Below are positions 9,737 to 20,300 of a stretch of DNA of 64,000 bases, in pieces. Both the position numbers and the translations under genes were made by a program. Positions within the stretch are counted from its first letter, which is position 1. Every line of letters begins with the position of its first letter. The DNA is from a virus (taxonomy: Duplodnaviria > Caudoviricetes), in IMG/VR virus record IMGVR_UViG_3300013121_000039, positions 32,001-96,000 of that record. One strand, 5' to 3'. The notes beneath the pieces are model-generated. The model made no database searches and had not been told where the DNA came from. It saw only the letters and a list, made by a program, of their open reading frames with translations.

Positions 9737-10641
9737 GAGGCGTTGTCCTTGTGTGGGTTGTAGGAGTGGAAGACATAGTCCTTCTTCCCGAACTTCGCAT
9801 CCGGGTCGATGGTCTTCACCTTCCGCAGGTCAGCCTCCACCCGACGGTGGAGCTCGGTGGAGGCTGAGCCCTTCCGGTGCCAGGTGCGCGGCATGACGAT
9901 GACCTCGGTCCGCTTGGACCCCACGCCCTTGCGGGGATGGGCCATCTCGGCCTTCACCCGCTTCTGGGCCTGGTGGTCGATGGTCTTGGTCAGGTCCTTG
10001 ACCTTGGCGCGGCCCTTCTGCCACTTGATCTTGACGTACTTCTTGCGGCCCTGGTGCAGGCCGGCTGCCGTGGCGAGGGCCAGGGAGCCGGCGAGGATCT
10101 TGCCCTTGTGCTTCTGCCAGACGGAGTCGCTGGGGCGATCCCAGCCGTCGTCCTTCTTGGCCGCGGTCTTCGCCTGCTGGTAGATGGGCGTGTTCTTCCG
10201 GTAGATGTGCGAGAGGCGGTGGAACTTCTCCTTGGTCTTCGGGTCCTGCTTGCCGAAGTCCTTCACGTCGAAGCCGACGCGCTTGGCCGCCCGCTCGGCC
10301 GCCCCCATGTCCCGCTTGGCGCGATGGTAGATGTGCCCGCCGGCCAGGCCGACAGCCCCGCCGACTGCCCCACCCTTGAGCGCACCCTTCGTGCGCTCCC
10401 CCTTCTCCGCCGTGACGGCCCCGATGGCGGCTCCGGGCAGGGCGCCCATGGCGAAGTGCTTCACCGCGGGGTGGGTGACGTACGGCTTCACCGCATCCAC
10501 GACACTGGCCTTCTTGGAGAGCCGCTTCCCGACCTTCTCGAAGAAGACGGAGGCCTCCTTGGCCATCTCCTGCTGCATCGCGATCTTGTCGAGCTCGTCG
10601 TAGAACCCGTTCAGCATGGCGTGGTGCTCCTTGGGAGTCAT
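9733..10641 (-). CDS. Basic glycine-zipper putative internal virion protein
   Basis: N-terminal GFYDELDKIA, KEAS/KKAS/KTAA motifs, GAVGGAVGLAGG zipper, Lys-rich. Confidence 0.7.
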   Translation of the reverse strand: MTPKEHHAMLNGFYDELDKIAMQQEMAKEASVFFEKVGKRLSKKASVVDAVKPYVTHPAVKHFAMGALPGAAIGAVTAEKGERTKGALKGGAVGGAVGLAGGHIYHRAKRDMGAAERAAKRVGFDVKDFGKQDPKTKEKFHRLSHIYRKNTPIYQQAKTAAKKDDGWDRPSDSVWQKHKGKILAGSLALATAAGLHQGRKKYVKIKWQKGRAKVKDLTKTIDHQAQKRVKAEMAHPRKGVGSKRTEVIVMPRTWHRKGSASTELHRRVEADLRKVKTIDPDAKFGKKDYVFHSYNPHKDNAS

Positions 10642-11261
10642 GACTTGGCCTCCAGCGCGGTGACCGGCTTCATGACGGGGGCCTGCATGATCTCCGACGG
10701 CCGGGTTGATTGGCGCGCAGCGAGTGAGAACTTGCGACGAGGGTAGGCGTTGGCCACCAGGGCCGAGCAGATGTGGGCCTTGGCCTCTTCCGGCTTCCTG
10801 CCCTCCCTCCGACCGCGGAAGGGCATGGCGGCGAGGAGCAGCTTGGCCTTGCTGTACGGGGTGCCCTCAGACGAGAGGGCGTACCTCACAGCCGCCTTCC
10901 GCTCCTCCCTCGTGACTTTCGGCCGGAAGGCGACGATGTTGTTCTTCCGAGCCACCGCGTTCAGGGTCCGAGTGCGTGTGCCTTCCCCGATGCGCGCCTC
11001 CACGACCTGCCCCTTCCCGACGTAGATGGAGGAGTGGCCGTAGTCGGTCCTCTGGACGAGCTTGGAGATCGGCTTGAAGACGTACTTCCCGAAGCGGCTC
11101 TTCATCCTGGAGCGGATGGGGGCCGTGAAGAGCACGTCCCCTGGCTTCAGCTTCTGCTCCAGCGCATCGACGTGCGGCACGGCAGCGGACTGAGCCGCCT
11201 CGACCTTCGCGGCCTCGGCGATCTTCGTCAGCTCGTCGATGAAGCTGGGCATCCAGGACAC
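10638..11261 (-). CDS. Permuted papain-like NlpC/P60 amidase (YiiX/YaeF-type) with leader motif
   Basis: LKPGDVLF, GHSSIYVG, GTPY, ICSALVANAY (His before Cys); N-terminal SFIDELTKIA. Confidence 0.85.
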   Translation of the reverse strand: MSWMPSFIDELTKIAEAAKVEAAQSAAVPHVDALEQKLKPGDVLFTAPIRSRMKSRFGKYVFKPISKLVQRTDYGHSSIYVGKGQVVEARIGEGTRTRTLNAVARKNNIVAFRPKVTREERKAAVRYALSSEGTPYSKAKLLLAAMPFRGRREGRKPEEAKAHICSALVANAYPRRKFSLAARQSTRPSEIMQAPVMKPVTALEAKS

Positions 11262-11268
11262 AGGCGCC

Positions 11269-12141
11269 TCAGTTCTTCAGCTTGGTGGCGGCCTTCTCCT
11301 TCTCGGAGAGGCCCCCGCCAGTGAAGTTGCCGAGCGGGGCGAGGGTGCGGATGTCTGGCGGCAGGGCCTGTGGGTGCTCCATGCGGAAGCGCTCGAACTG
11401 CTTGAGCACGTCCTTGAGGGCCATGTCGGAGGTGGAGAGCGCCTCGTGGCACTCGACCACGGCCTTGTTGAGCACCGCGATGGCCTTCACCTTGTCCGGC
11501 GACGTGCCGGGCTTCAGGCTGACCTCCTCCAGCGTGTGGTAGGCGATCTCCTGCGCCCGCTGGATCATCACCTTCGACTCGATGTTCTGCTCGATGCGCA
11601 GGTGGAAGAGGGCGATGCGGGGATCGTTGGCCTGGAGCAGTGCCATGTGCCGCTCGTAGAGCGCGGCCCGGCCGAAGAGGAACTTCCCCCACTCATCGAA
11701 GGTGAGGAGCTTGGTGTTCCAGAAGTAGTGCCGGAAGGTGGTGACCGCGTCCTCGGAGAGGAACCAGCCCATCTTCCGGTTGATGCGCTGGCAGGCCATC
11801 TTGAGGTCGAGTCGGGAGAGGATGATCTGCTCGACCACGAGACGCTGCTCGGGGTTGGCGAGGATGTCCCATGCGTCCTGCATGTTCTGGGAGTGCCGGA
11901 ACATCTCGTAGATGCCGAGCTTTCGCAGGTAGACCACCGATGGACGATGCGTCAGGTCGTAGGGGTCGAAGCCTGTCGGGGGCTGCGGGATCGTCTGCCT
12001 CAGGAACTGGAAGTAGGTCTTGTCCCACTCCGGAGGCGGAAGGATGCCCCAGTCACGAAGGCGCTTCTCGACGACAGCGTCCGTGGCCTGAGGGTCACGG
12101 ACGATGAGGAAGGTGATGAACTTCTCGGCCGGGTGGTGCAC
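11269..12141 (-). CDS. Hypothetical helical protein
   Basis: 290-aa ORF in the operon; no family recognised. Confidence 0.7.
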   Translation of the reverse strand: MHHPAEKFITFLIVRDPQATDAVVEKRLRDWGILPPPEWDKTYFQFLRQTIPQPPTGFDPYDLTHRPSVVYLRKLGIYEMFRHSQNMQDAWDILANPEQRLVVEQIILSRLDLKMACQRINRKMGWFLSEDAVTTFRHYFWNTKLLTFDEWGKFLFGRAALYERHMALLQANDPRIALFHLRIEQNIESKVMIQRAQEIAYHTLEEVSLKPGTSPDKVKAIAVLNKAVVECHEALSTSDMALKDVLKQFERFRMEHPQALPPDIRTLAPLGNFTGGGLSEKEKAATKLKN

Positions 12142-12144
12142 GGG

Positions 12145-13545
12145 CTAGCCCCCGATGCTCATGAGCTCGGAGATGAAGCCGGAGACCATGGCCTTCTTCG
12201 CCTTGGAGTTGAAGAAGCGCCTCACGCCCTTGGGAACCCTCTCCTGCCGTGCCTTGAGGTCGGCGTTGTGCAGGTGGGATCCGATGTCGACGTTGATGGG
12301 CGGCATCTCGAATTCGAGCGGCGGGGGCGGGCCCTTGGCGCCACCCTTCACCCAGTCACTCGTGGCCTTCTTGCGTGCCGCCTGACGGGCATCGTAGGCA
12401 GCCCTCGCCTTCGCATGATCTGCTGCCCTGTCCTTGACGACGGCGGCCGCACGCCGGAAGTTCTTCCCGCTCTCCCACCGCCCAGTCTTCGCGGCCTCGT
12501 GGCCGAGGTTCCCGAAGACTGCCCCAGCGGCCGCCATGGGGAGTGCGGTACTGGCAGCGCCCTTGAGGGCGTTCTTGAGCCGGGTCTCCTTCTTCGCCTT
12601 GTCGGGCTCGGAGATCGCGCCACCGAGAGCGCCGACGGCCCCGCCGGATGCCCCACCGGCCAGGGCGCCGTGCAGCGTGTGGTTGGTCAGGGCATGGTAC
12701 TTCAGCCGCCGAGGCCGGAGGTTCTTCTTGGCCCAGCTCCAGCCCTTCTTCGCCGCGGCAGGCGCCTCATCCGAGACGAACGTCGAGAGAGCGGTCGAGG
12801 GGGCCGAGAGCTTGGAGAAGTGGTCCGAGTCCGAGTACTGCTTCCACTCGGCGGAGAGCTCCTGGAACTTCTTGTGCCGCTTCGCCTTCGTCACCGCATC
12901 CTGGGCGGTGTCCGGGTGGGTCTTCATCGCCAGGTCCCGGTACCTCTTCTTGGCCTCGGCCTTCGTCGAGACCCCGGAGAGCCAGCCCGGGACGGAGCCG
13001 CCGACGGACTTGAAGCCCCGTCCGGTCGCCTGCGCCTTCCCCTTCTCTCGGACGTGCTTGAGCAGGCCGGCCGTACTGTGGGCGAGACCCAGCCCGCTCC
13101 CACCGAAGGCGCCGCTGGCAGCACCCGACAGAGCTGCCCCGAGTCGGGAAGCCTTGGGCCCGTGCTTGTTGGGCCACAGCCCCTTGGCCTTCCGCTCGTT
13201 CTGCCGCTTCGCGGAACGGTCACCACCCACGGCTCCCAGAGCGGCACCACCGGCGGTCATGAGCGCCGCGTTTCGGTAGAGCTTCGGGTTCTTGACCGCC
13301 TTGGAGAACGTCCGCGCCGTGGATAGGTTGGACCCCGTCATGGCGCCCAGCACGCCTCCACTCAGCGCGCCGAAGACCGGCCCCGGGTTCTCCTTGCGCT
13401 CCTTCGGCGTCATCTTCTTGCGCGCCCGGTGCGAGGCGTAGCCGCCGGCGGTGGCGCCCAGCAGCGCTCCACCGCCGATGTGGGCGGCGGTGTCCGGGTG
13501 GGACCGGATCAGGTACTTCAGGGTGTTCCAGTCGTAGGAAGGCAT
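12145..13545 (-). CDS. Basic multi-glycine-zipper protein containing a J-domain
   Basis: AEAKKRYRDLAMKTHPD...KFQELSAEW is a DnaJ J-domain pattern; several GxxxG zippers; C-terminal GFISELMSIGG. Confidence 0.8.
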   Translation of the reverse strand: MPSYDWNTLKYLIRSHPDTAAHIGGGALLGATAGGYASHRARKKMTPKERKENPGPVFGALSGGVLGAMTGSNLSTARTFSKAVKNPKLYRNAALMTAGGAALGAVGGDRSAKRQNERKAKGLWPNKHGPKASRLGAALSGAASGAFGGSGLGLAHSTAGLLKHVREKGKAQATGRGFKSVGGSVPGWLSGVSTKAEAKKRYRDLAMKTHPDTAQDAVTKAKRHKKFQELSAEWKQYSDSDHFSKLSAPSTALSTFVSDEAPAAAKKGWSWAKKNLRPRRLKYHALTNHTLHGALAGGASGGAVGALGGAISEPDKAKKETRLKNALKGAASTALPMAAAGAVFGNLGHEAAKTGRWESGKNFRRAAAVVKDRAADHAKARAAYDARQAARKKATSDWVKGGAKGPPPPLEFEMPPINVDIGSHLHNADLKARQERVPKGVRRFFNSKAKKAMVSGFISELMSIGG

Positions 13546-16244
13546 CAGTTCTCCGCGTGCCCGATGGCCTTGAGGTGGAGGAGGATCTCCTCCATGTTCT
13601 TCATGCTACGCTCGACGGCGCCCTCTGGGATCTCCTCCATGCCGAGGTAGCTGGAGAGCAGCATCTCGGCGAGCTTCTCGGAGGTCTGCTCCAGCTCGGG
13701 CGCGTACTCGACGAAGGTGGTGAGGTTCTCCGGGTTGACGAAGTTGAGGGCCAGCACCTTGTCGACGGTGGCCTCGTCCTCGATGGCGGCCGCCTCCTTG
13801 ATGAGATCACGGCGCAGGTCGGGGACCTTGGCCAGGAAGGCCGACGCCGTCTTCACCGACGACTGGTAGTGCTCGGAGATGGGCGTGATGGTCTTCAGGT
13901 TGTAGAGGTCGACGGAGCCCTGCTTGCGGGCCTGGGCCAGCTTCTCCTTCACGTCGGAGCCCGCGACGCCGAGCAGGCCGAGCATGAACTCCGCCGAGAC
14001 CGGGTCGAGGTCGTGGCGGTAGCTCTTGGCGAGCTTGTTGAGGCCGCAGCCGCCTTCCAGGTTGAAGGCGCCGTTCCAGAAGAGGGTGACCTTCTGGGCG
14101 GCGATCTTCACCGCGCCGGTCTTGTTCATCTGGACCGGGTCGGGGACGAGCTGGGTCTGGTTGTTGAGCGCCATGAACTTCCAGCTCGCCGGGATGGCGT
14201 ACTCCGTGTCGGAGATGCGCTGGGGCTGGATGAGCTCGGGCGAGAGGTGGATGGAGAACTGGTTCCCCATGAAGTCCTGGGCCTGGTACATCGGCCCGCC
14301 GTCCGGCCCGCTCATGCCGCCGCGGACGGTGACGGGCGCGGTGACCCGCACGCCGTCCCGGGTCACCTCGTAGAAGGCCCCCTCGCCGCGGATGGGCGAC
14401 ATCGGGAGCTGGGTGTTCTTCCCGATGAGCTCACCAGCGATGGCATCCTGGACGGCGAAGGCGGAGCCGTTGGTGAAGAGGGCCACCGGCTGCGGCTGGA
14501 AGGAGCCGTCCCAGGCCAGCGTCTCGGGGAAGACCCAGCCCATCACCTGGTTCCCCATGAGGTCCTGGGTGAGGTACTCGCCGAAGGTCTCGGCGACCAC
14601 CGCGTTCTGCGTCGGCGCGGAGGTGTCCTCCACCGGGTCGGAGACGGCGGAGACGGTCTGCCCGGGCTGCATGGCCTGGGCCTGCTCGTCCCCCATCATC
14701 TCGGCACCGGCCTCCGGCGGGACCACCTGGCCCTGGGCCTCCTGTCCGGGGACGAAGGCGTCGTTGTTGGCCTGCTTCACCAGGAACTCGCCGCCCGGCA
14801 GCTTCTGGATGGTGGTCACCGTCGGGTCGATGGCGTCGACCACGGCCTGGAGCCGCTCCTGCGACGTGGCGAGCTTGGTGACGAGGAAGGCGTTGATGAG
14901 CGGGCCCATCCCGTTGCGCTGGAAGCTGGCGACGAGGGTGGGGTCACTGGCGAGCTTCGCCTTGAAGGCCTGGCGATCCCGGTCCCGCACGGTGCTGGCG
15001 ATCTTCATGAGCAGGGACGGATTCTTCCCCGTCCGCAGCGTGGTCTCCAGGTCCTCCATGGCCGTCCCCATCTTCACGGCCGCGGTCTTCTTCTGCCCGC
15101 CGCTGCCCACCAGCTTCTGGCCCTCCTGGAGCATCTTCTGCCCCTTCTCCATCTGCTTCTGGGAGGCCTTCTGCTGCTTCTCCTGCTGCTTCTGGTGGTA
15201 CTCCTGGAGCTTCTGGGGCGGAGGCGGCTCCGGCTTCGGGTGGTAGCCGTAGTGCTTCACCGCGAGCTCGTAGACCTTGTTCTGCACGGCCGGGTGAGCC
15301 CTCTGGCCGCCGTAGTCGTGCATGAGCTTCTGGACCTCCATCGAGTTGTAGATGGCGTCCCACTGCTCCTTGGAGATGTGCTTGAAGGCCTCCTTCACGA
15401 AGGCGACCTTCTCCGAGCCCTTCAGCGCGTGCATCTGGCGCAGCAGGTCGAGCTGGTTCCGCCGCACGCGGAGCTTGTCCTCGCGCTGCGAGATGTCGTC
15501 CTGCTTCTGCTGAGCCCGCTCCTCGATCTGACGGATCTCCTTCTGGCTCCTGGCGAGGTCGATCTTGAGCTGCTCCTTCTCCAGGGCCGCCGCCTGCGCG
15601 TAGAAGGGGGTGTCGTCGAACTTCTTGAGCCAGTAGCTGCGCGGGTCCTCCTTCGTCGGGCTGCCCACGTCCATGGCCGGCTCCTTCTCCATGGCCGTCT
15701 TGGGCTTGCCGCCCTGGAGCATGGCGAGGAGCTGCTCGTCGGCGCTGGCGAGCTTGTAGTCGCCGCCCATGCCGATGCCGCTGCGCTGGGGCGGCATGAG
15801 GGGCTCGACGAGGCTCGGGTCCTGCGGCGGGACGACGGAGAGGTCGAAGGTGGAGGGGTTGAAGAGCTTCTCGCGCAGCCGCTCCTCGTTGAGCGGCATC
15901 ACCTTCTCCCCGTCCATGAAGATGGAGAAGGGCTTCACCTGGCGCTCACGGACGACGAGCGGGATGCGCAGGTGGGGCAGCCCCGCCTCGTCATGCTCCG
16001 CCTCCGGCCGCTCGGTCTTGTTGGCGACGTCGGCGTAGCCGAAGGCGTACCCCCGCTCCGCGTCCGTGCGGTCGAGGTTGACGTTGACGTCGTAGTCCGA
16101 GAGGTAGGGGAGCTGCTTGTACAGGTCGCTCGTCAGCTCCTGCGGCCAGTTCTCGGGCTCTTCGGAGAGCCGAGACGCGAAGGCGGCCGTCTTCCGCATG
16201 GAGCGGTCGAAGGCGGGAAGCTGGTCCTTGTAGAGGGAGCGCAT
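13545..16244 (-). CDS. Large head-module protein, putative processed inner-body or ejection protein
   Basis: 899 aa with more than 10 K-x-A motifs and a central coiled-coil. Confidence 0.75.
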   Translation of the reverse strand: MRSLYKDQLPAFDRSMRKTAAFASRLSEEPENWPQELTSDLYKQLPYLSDYDVNVNLDRTDAERGYAFGYADVANKTERPEAEHDEAGLPHLRIPLVVRERQVKPFSIFMDGEKVMPLNEERLREKLFNPSTFDLSVVPPQDPSLVEPLMPPQRSGIGMGGDYKLASADEQLLAMLQGGKPKTAMEKEPAMDVGSPTKEDPRSYWLKKFDDTPFYAQAAALEKEQLKIDLARSQKEIRQIEERAQQKQDDISQREDKLRVRRNQLDLLRQMHALKGSEKVAFVKEAFKHISKEQWDAIYNSMEVQKLMHDYGGQRAHPAVQNKVYELAVKHYGYHPKPEPPPPQKLQEYHQKQQEKQQKASQKQMEKGQKMLQEGQKLVGSGGQKKTAAVKMGTAMEDLETTLRTGKNPSLLMKIASTVRDRDRQAFKAKLASDPTLVASFQRNGMGPLINAFLVTKLATSQERLQAVVDAIDPTVTTIQKLPGGEFLVKQANNDAFVPGQEAQGQVVPPEAGAEMMGDEQAQAMQPGQTVSAVSDPVEDTSAPTQNAVVAETFGEYLTQDLMGNQVMGWVFPETLAWDGSFQPQPVALFTNGSAFAVQDAIAGELIGKNTQLPMSPIRGEGAFYEVTRDGVRVTAPVTVRGGMSGPDGGPMYQAQDFMGNQFSIHLSPELIQPQRISDTEYAIPASWKFMALNNQTQLVPDPVQMNKTGAVKIAAQKVTLFWNGAFNLEGGCGLNKLAKSYRHDLDPVSAEFMLGLLGVAGSDVKEKLAQARKQGSVDLYNLKTITPISEHYQSSVKTASAFLAKVPDLRRDLIKEAAAIEDEATVDKVLALNFVNPENLTTFVEYAPELEQTSEKLAEMLLSSYLGMEEIPEGAVERSMKNMEEILLHLKAIGHAEN

Positions 16245-16253
16245 CTTCTTCTC

Positions 16254-17315
16254 CTAGTGGCTGTAGAGCGACGACGACGTTGCAGAAGGCGGAGGGGGAG
16301 CAGGGACATCCGTCGCGGGAGCAGACGGAGACGGGATCGGGTGGCGGTGGGTAGCCAGCCAGAGCAGGAGCTCGTCAGTCGCCAGCATGACCGGCGCGGC
16401 AGGACCGGCAGCGCTCTTCGGGCCCACGGTGACGTTCGGGCCCAGGGCCACACCGGCGCCTCCGAAGATGGACGCCAGGGCCGCAGCCGTGATCTCGACC
16501 TTGCCCGTCTTGGCGTCGACCTTGAGATCGAGGTCTGCCAAGAGCGAGAGCGTCTTCGAGTGGATGGAGAGGTTCTCGGTCACGTCCCACGTCACGTTGC
16601 CACTGAACGACCAGGCTGCGGAGCCATCCTTCCGAAACTCCAACGAGATCTTCCTCGCCGCACCGGGCTGGCCGGAGGCGTTGACGGCGAGGGACAGGAT
16701 ATTCGCGGAGTTAGCCGTGTGGGAACCGATTTCCAGAACGGCCACCGGCTCTGGGTCGTCGGCGAACTCCCTCGCCTTGAGGCGCAGGAGTGCCGGCCGA
16801 TGCCCGTCGACCGTGGCCTCTTCCCGGTCGATGGTCCACTCCAGATCGCCGCCCAGGGTGTGCAGCCCGTAGTTCTCGCAGAGGTCGGTGATGGTGTTGT
16901 TGACCGGGATGTACATCCGCTGAGAGAGCGGCCCTCCACCCACCTGCACGACCCCACCCCGCCGCAGGATGAGGAAGTTGTCGTCCCGTGTCCCGAGGAA
17001 GATGTCCCCTGGGTTGAGATCCCTCTTGTTGCTCTTGAGAGAGTCGTCTTGTTCTCGGCCGGGTGCCCAAGCCAAGACGAAAGGCTTCCCTCCATCGGAG
17101 GGGAAGCACAGCCAGACCAGGCTGCCCACCTCCGGCATGAAGTAGATGCCTTCTCCGTTCGAGAAGTGCTGGTAGGGCGTGGCGAAGGCCAGGCCGAGCA
17201 GCGACTTCTGGGTGTACTGCGTCACCACGGAGACGGTGTAGTTCTCGACGTCCACGTCGATGACCTGGCCGGTCTCGATGTACGCCGGGACGATGCGGAC
17301 GTTGGTCGGGGCCAT
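16254..17315 (-). CDS. Baseplate central spike (gpV/gp5 OB-fold type)
   Basis: GIYFMPEVGSLVWLCF OB-fold motif, beta-strand repeats, C-terminal HRH apex motif. Confidence 0.75.
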   Translation of the reverse strand: MAPTNVRIVPAYIETGQVIDVDVENYTVSVVTQYTQKSLLGLAFATPYQHFSNGEGIYFMPEVGSLVWLCFPSDGGKPFVLAWAPGREQDDSLKSNKRDLNPGDIFLGTRDDNFLILRRGGVVQVGGGPLSQRMYIPVNNTITDLCENYGLHTLGGDLEWTIDREEATVDGHRPALLRLKAREFADDPEPVAVLEIGSHTANSANILSLAVNASGQPGAARKISLEFRKDGSAAWSFSGNVTWDVTENLSIHSKTLSLLADLDLKVDAKTGKVEITAAALASIFGGAGVALGPNVTVGPKSAAGPAAPVMLATDELLLWLATHRHPIPSPSAPATDVPAPPPPSATSSSLYSH

Positions 17316-17318
17316 GGG

Positions 17319-20300
17319 CTAGTAGACGTACGGCTTGGGCTTCGCCCCTGGGGCCGGCTTGGGGGCCTTCCCGAACTCCGCACCATAGGCCAGGCCGGGG
17401 ATGGGGTGCGAGCCGTGGATGTCGCTCTTCCACCCCATGCCGGCGCCACGCTGAATCGTCTCGCCGAGGCGCTGGTAGTTGAGGCGCGCCATCCAGTCCT
17501 CGCTGAAGCGTGGGATGTTCTCCGAGCCCTTGAGGAATGGCTCGTGGAGGACCGGCTTCGCCTTGGCCCCCTTGAGCTCCCGGTTGTGCTCCTCGACCAC
17601 CGAGTGCGGGACGATGTCGCCGACCTCCCAGTGGGAGTGGCCAGGATCCTTCACCCTCGTGTAGTTGGTGAGGGCCCTGACCACGAGCTCGACGTTGCGC
17701 TGACGCACCGACTGGTCCTTGTAGAGCTTCCCGTAGAGCTCGTCCGTCAGGAGGCGCTGCACATCCTTCATGTCCTTGGTGATGTGGAGCAGCTCCCTGG
17801 GGTGGACCGGCGCGCCCTCATGGGAGAGCGATTGGCCCTTGCGGATCTGCATGCCGACCGTCAGACCCTCCCTCATCTCATCCGGCCGCAGGTGGTGGAG
17901 CACCCCACCGATGTTGACGTCGTGACCGCCGAGGCCTGGAGCCGGCTTGATGGAGAGGATCGGCCCCTCCGTCTTGGCGAGGACCGCGGAGCCGCGGAGG
18001 ATCTCCGGCATCTTGAGGATCTGCTTCAGGCGCTCGATCTTCGAGGTCGAGCTTCCCCCGCGCCCTGAAGCCACACCGCCTGAGTGGAAGGCGTCCATGG
18101 CGAGCTGGGTCGCGGGCTCTCCGAGAGCCTGCCCGGCCAGGACGCCGATGTTGGTCCCCACGGAGTGGAGCTTCCCGTTCTCGTTCAGGCCGAAGCACTT
18201 GGCGCAGATCCCCTCGCCGTGCTGGCAGCGAAGCGGGGAACGGACCTGGACCTCCTTCTTGGGGCCGAGCAGCTTCTTGAGCCCGTTGACCACGTCCGGG
18301 GTGAGCAGCGTCCCCGCACGGTGCTGCCCGTACTCCTTCGCGAGGAAGCGGTCGTGGATGTCCTCATGGTCGAGCGACATCGAGATGCCGTTGTGGGTCT
18401 TGCAGTCGTCGCTCGTGATGAGGGTCGCGATGGTGGAGTTGATGATGTCCTTGGTCATCGTCCCTGGCTCCTTCGTGCCAGAGGCGCGGTCCAGGGTCCC
18501 CTTGCGCGCACCATGCTGCGCCAGCCAGTAGTCGCCGAGGTCGAGCCCCTCTCCGTAGGACTTGGTGATGGGGCTGAGCACCGTACGACCTGCCGAGTCC
18601 TTCACCAGCATCGGTGCCGCGATCATCTGCCGGAGCTGGTTCTGCTTGCCGCGAGCTCCCGAGTGCACCATCGTGGCGAGCCGGTTGTCCGACCCCACCT
18701 TCTTCGTCGCCGCGTCGAGCTTCTGGGTCGCCTCGGTCCAGTGCGCCTCCAGAGCCTTGCTCAGCTGCTTCCGGTCCTTGATGGATGCCTTCATCTTCTG
18801 GGCACCCTGTTCGTACTCGTGGATGATGCGGTCCCGCTCCGGGATGGTGGCGAAGTCCTTCAGGCCGATGGAGAAGCCGTGCTTGAAGGACTGGTCGGTC
18901 CCGAGATCCTTCAGGTGGTTCACCGCCGAGTCGAAGTGGTCCGGGTGCTTCCTGGCCACTTCCTCCACGAGACCGTGGAGCGTCCCCTTCGACACCACGT
19001 AGTTGGGGTCGTGGAGCAGCGTCTCGTTCTTGGAGAACCCCCGCGGCATCTTCTCGGCGATGAGCAGTCGCCCCAGGGTGGTCGGACCCTTGGCGCCCTG
19101 GAGGTGCACCACGTCCGTCATCTGGAGCTGGCCCGAGTCGTGGGCCTTCTTCATTTCCGCGATGGTCTTGAAATTCTTGCCCGTGTCGGACCCCCACTTA
19201 GAGATGAGGTGCAGACCGAGCATGAACTCCTGGTTGGGCACGTGCATGGGCCCGAAGGTGGTCGGCGAGAAGAGGTTCTTGGAGGGGAACATCCCCTTCG
19301 CCTCCTCCACCGCCTCTCGGGAGATCGGCACCGTGCCGGCCATGGTGTCGCCGTCGAAGTCGGCGTTGAAGCCGCCGGTGACGAGCGGGTGGATCTTGAT
19401 GGCCTTACCCTCGACCACCTTGGGCCGGAAGGCCATGACCGAGAACTTGTGCAGGGCCGGGTCCCGCTTGAGCAGCAGGGGGCGGTCGGCCATCACGGCG
19501 TCGAGCGCCTTGAGGGCGTGCGGCGCCTTCGACTGCATGGCCTCCAGTGCCTCCTCGGGGGTGTACCCGAGCTTGGTGTGGAGGTGCGCGATGACGAAGG
19601 GCTTGTAGAGCTCCATCGCTGCATGGCCCGGGAGCCCGACCTCATCGAGGTGGAGGGTCGGCTCGGGGATGATCACGGAGCGGATGGAGAGGTCCTGGCG
19701 ACGCTTGACGAGGCGGGACTGGAAGTAGCCCGTCTTGGGCTGGTCCCCGCCGATCACTTCGAGGATGCCCTTGAGCGGCCTCTTCTCGGCAGCGTCCTTG
19801 TCGTAGATCGGGTCGTAGGAGCCCACGGACTGGAGCGCCTTGAGCCCGTTCCAGAGGGAAGTGCGGACCATGGAGCCGGGTTCGGGGCCGAAGCGGTCGA
19901 CCGGCAGCTCCCGCAGCTTCTCGTTCAGCAGGAAGACGTTGCGGTAGTGGTTGTTGAGACTGCTCTTCGCCACGTCTCCATAGTTGGTCATGGCGACCGG
20001 CCGGAACTTGGGAGGCAGGACCGGCACGTTGTGCATGACGTAGGCCTCGTGCGGCTGGAGACCCGCCTCCTTCAGCGCCAGGAGGTACTTCAGAGAGCGG
20101 TTGTACTGGTCCCGCTTGTTGCCGCGCTTGGAGCCGATCTGCTCCCGGATCATCTTGATGGAAGCGTCGACGTCGATCTCCTTCAGCGCATCGCGGATCG
20201 CAGCCCCACCGGTCTTCCCGTTGAGCTGCTGCTTGCCCGTGACGACGGCGTCCACATCCGACACCGAGAAGTTCGGATGCTTGAGGCCGATGAGGGATGG

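Noticed and set aside
13557-18068. Very long opposite-strand ORFs (1503 aa here; also 11-1807, 18084-20654, 39517-41961)
   Set aside because: Antisense shadows of real genes caused by high GC3; no motifs or RBS.
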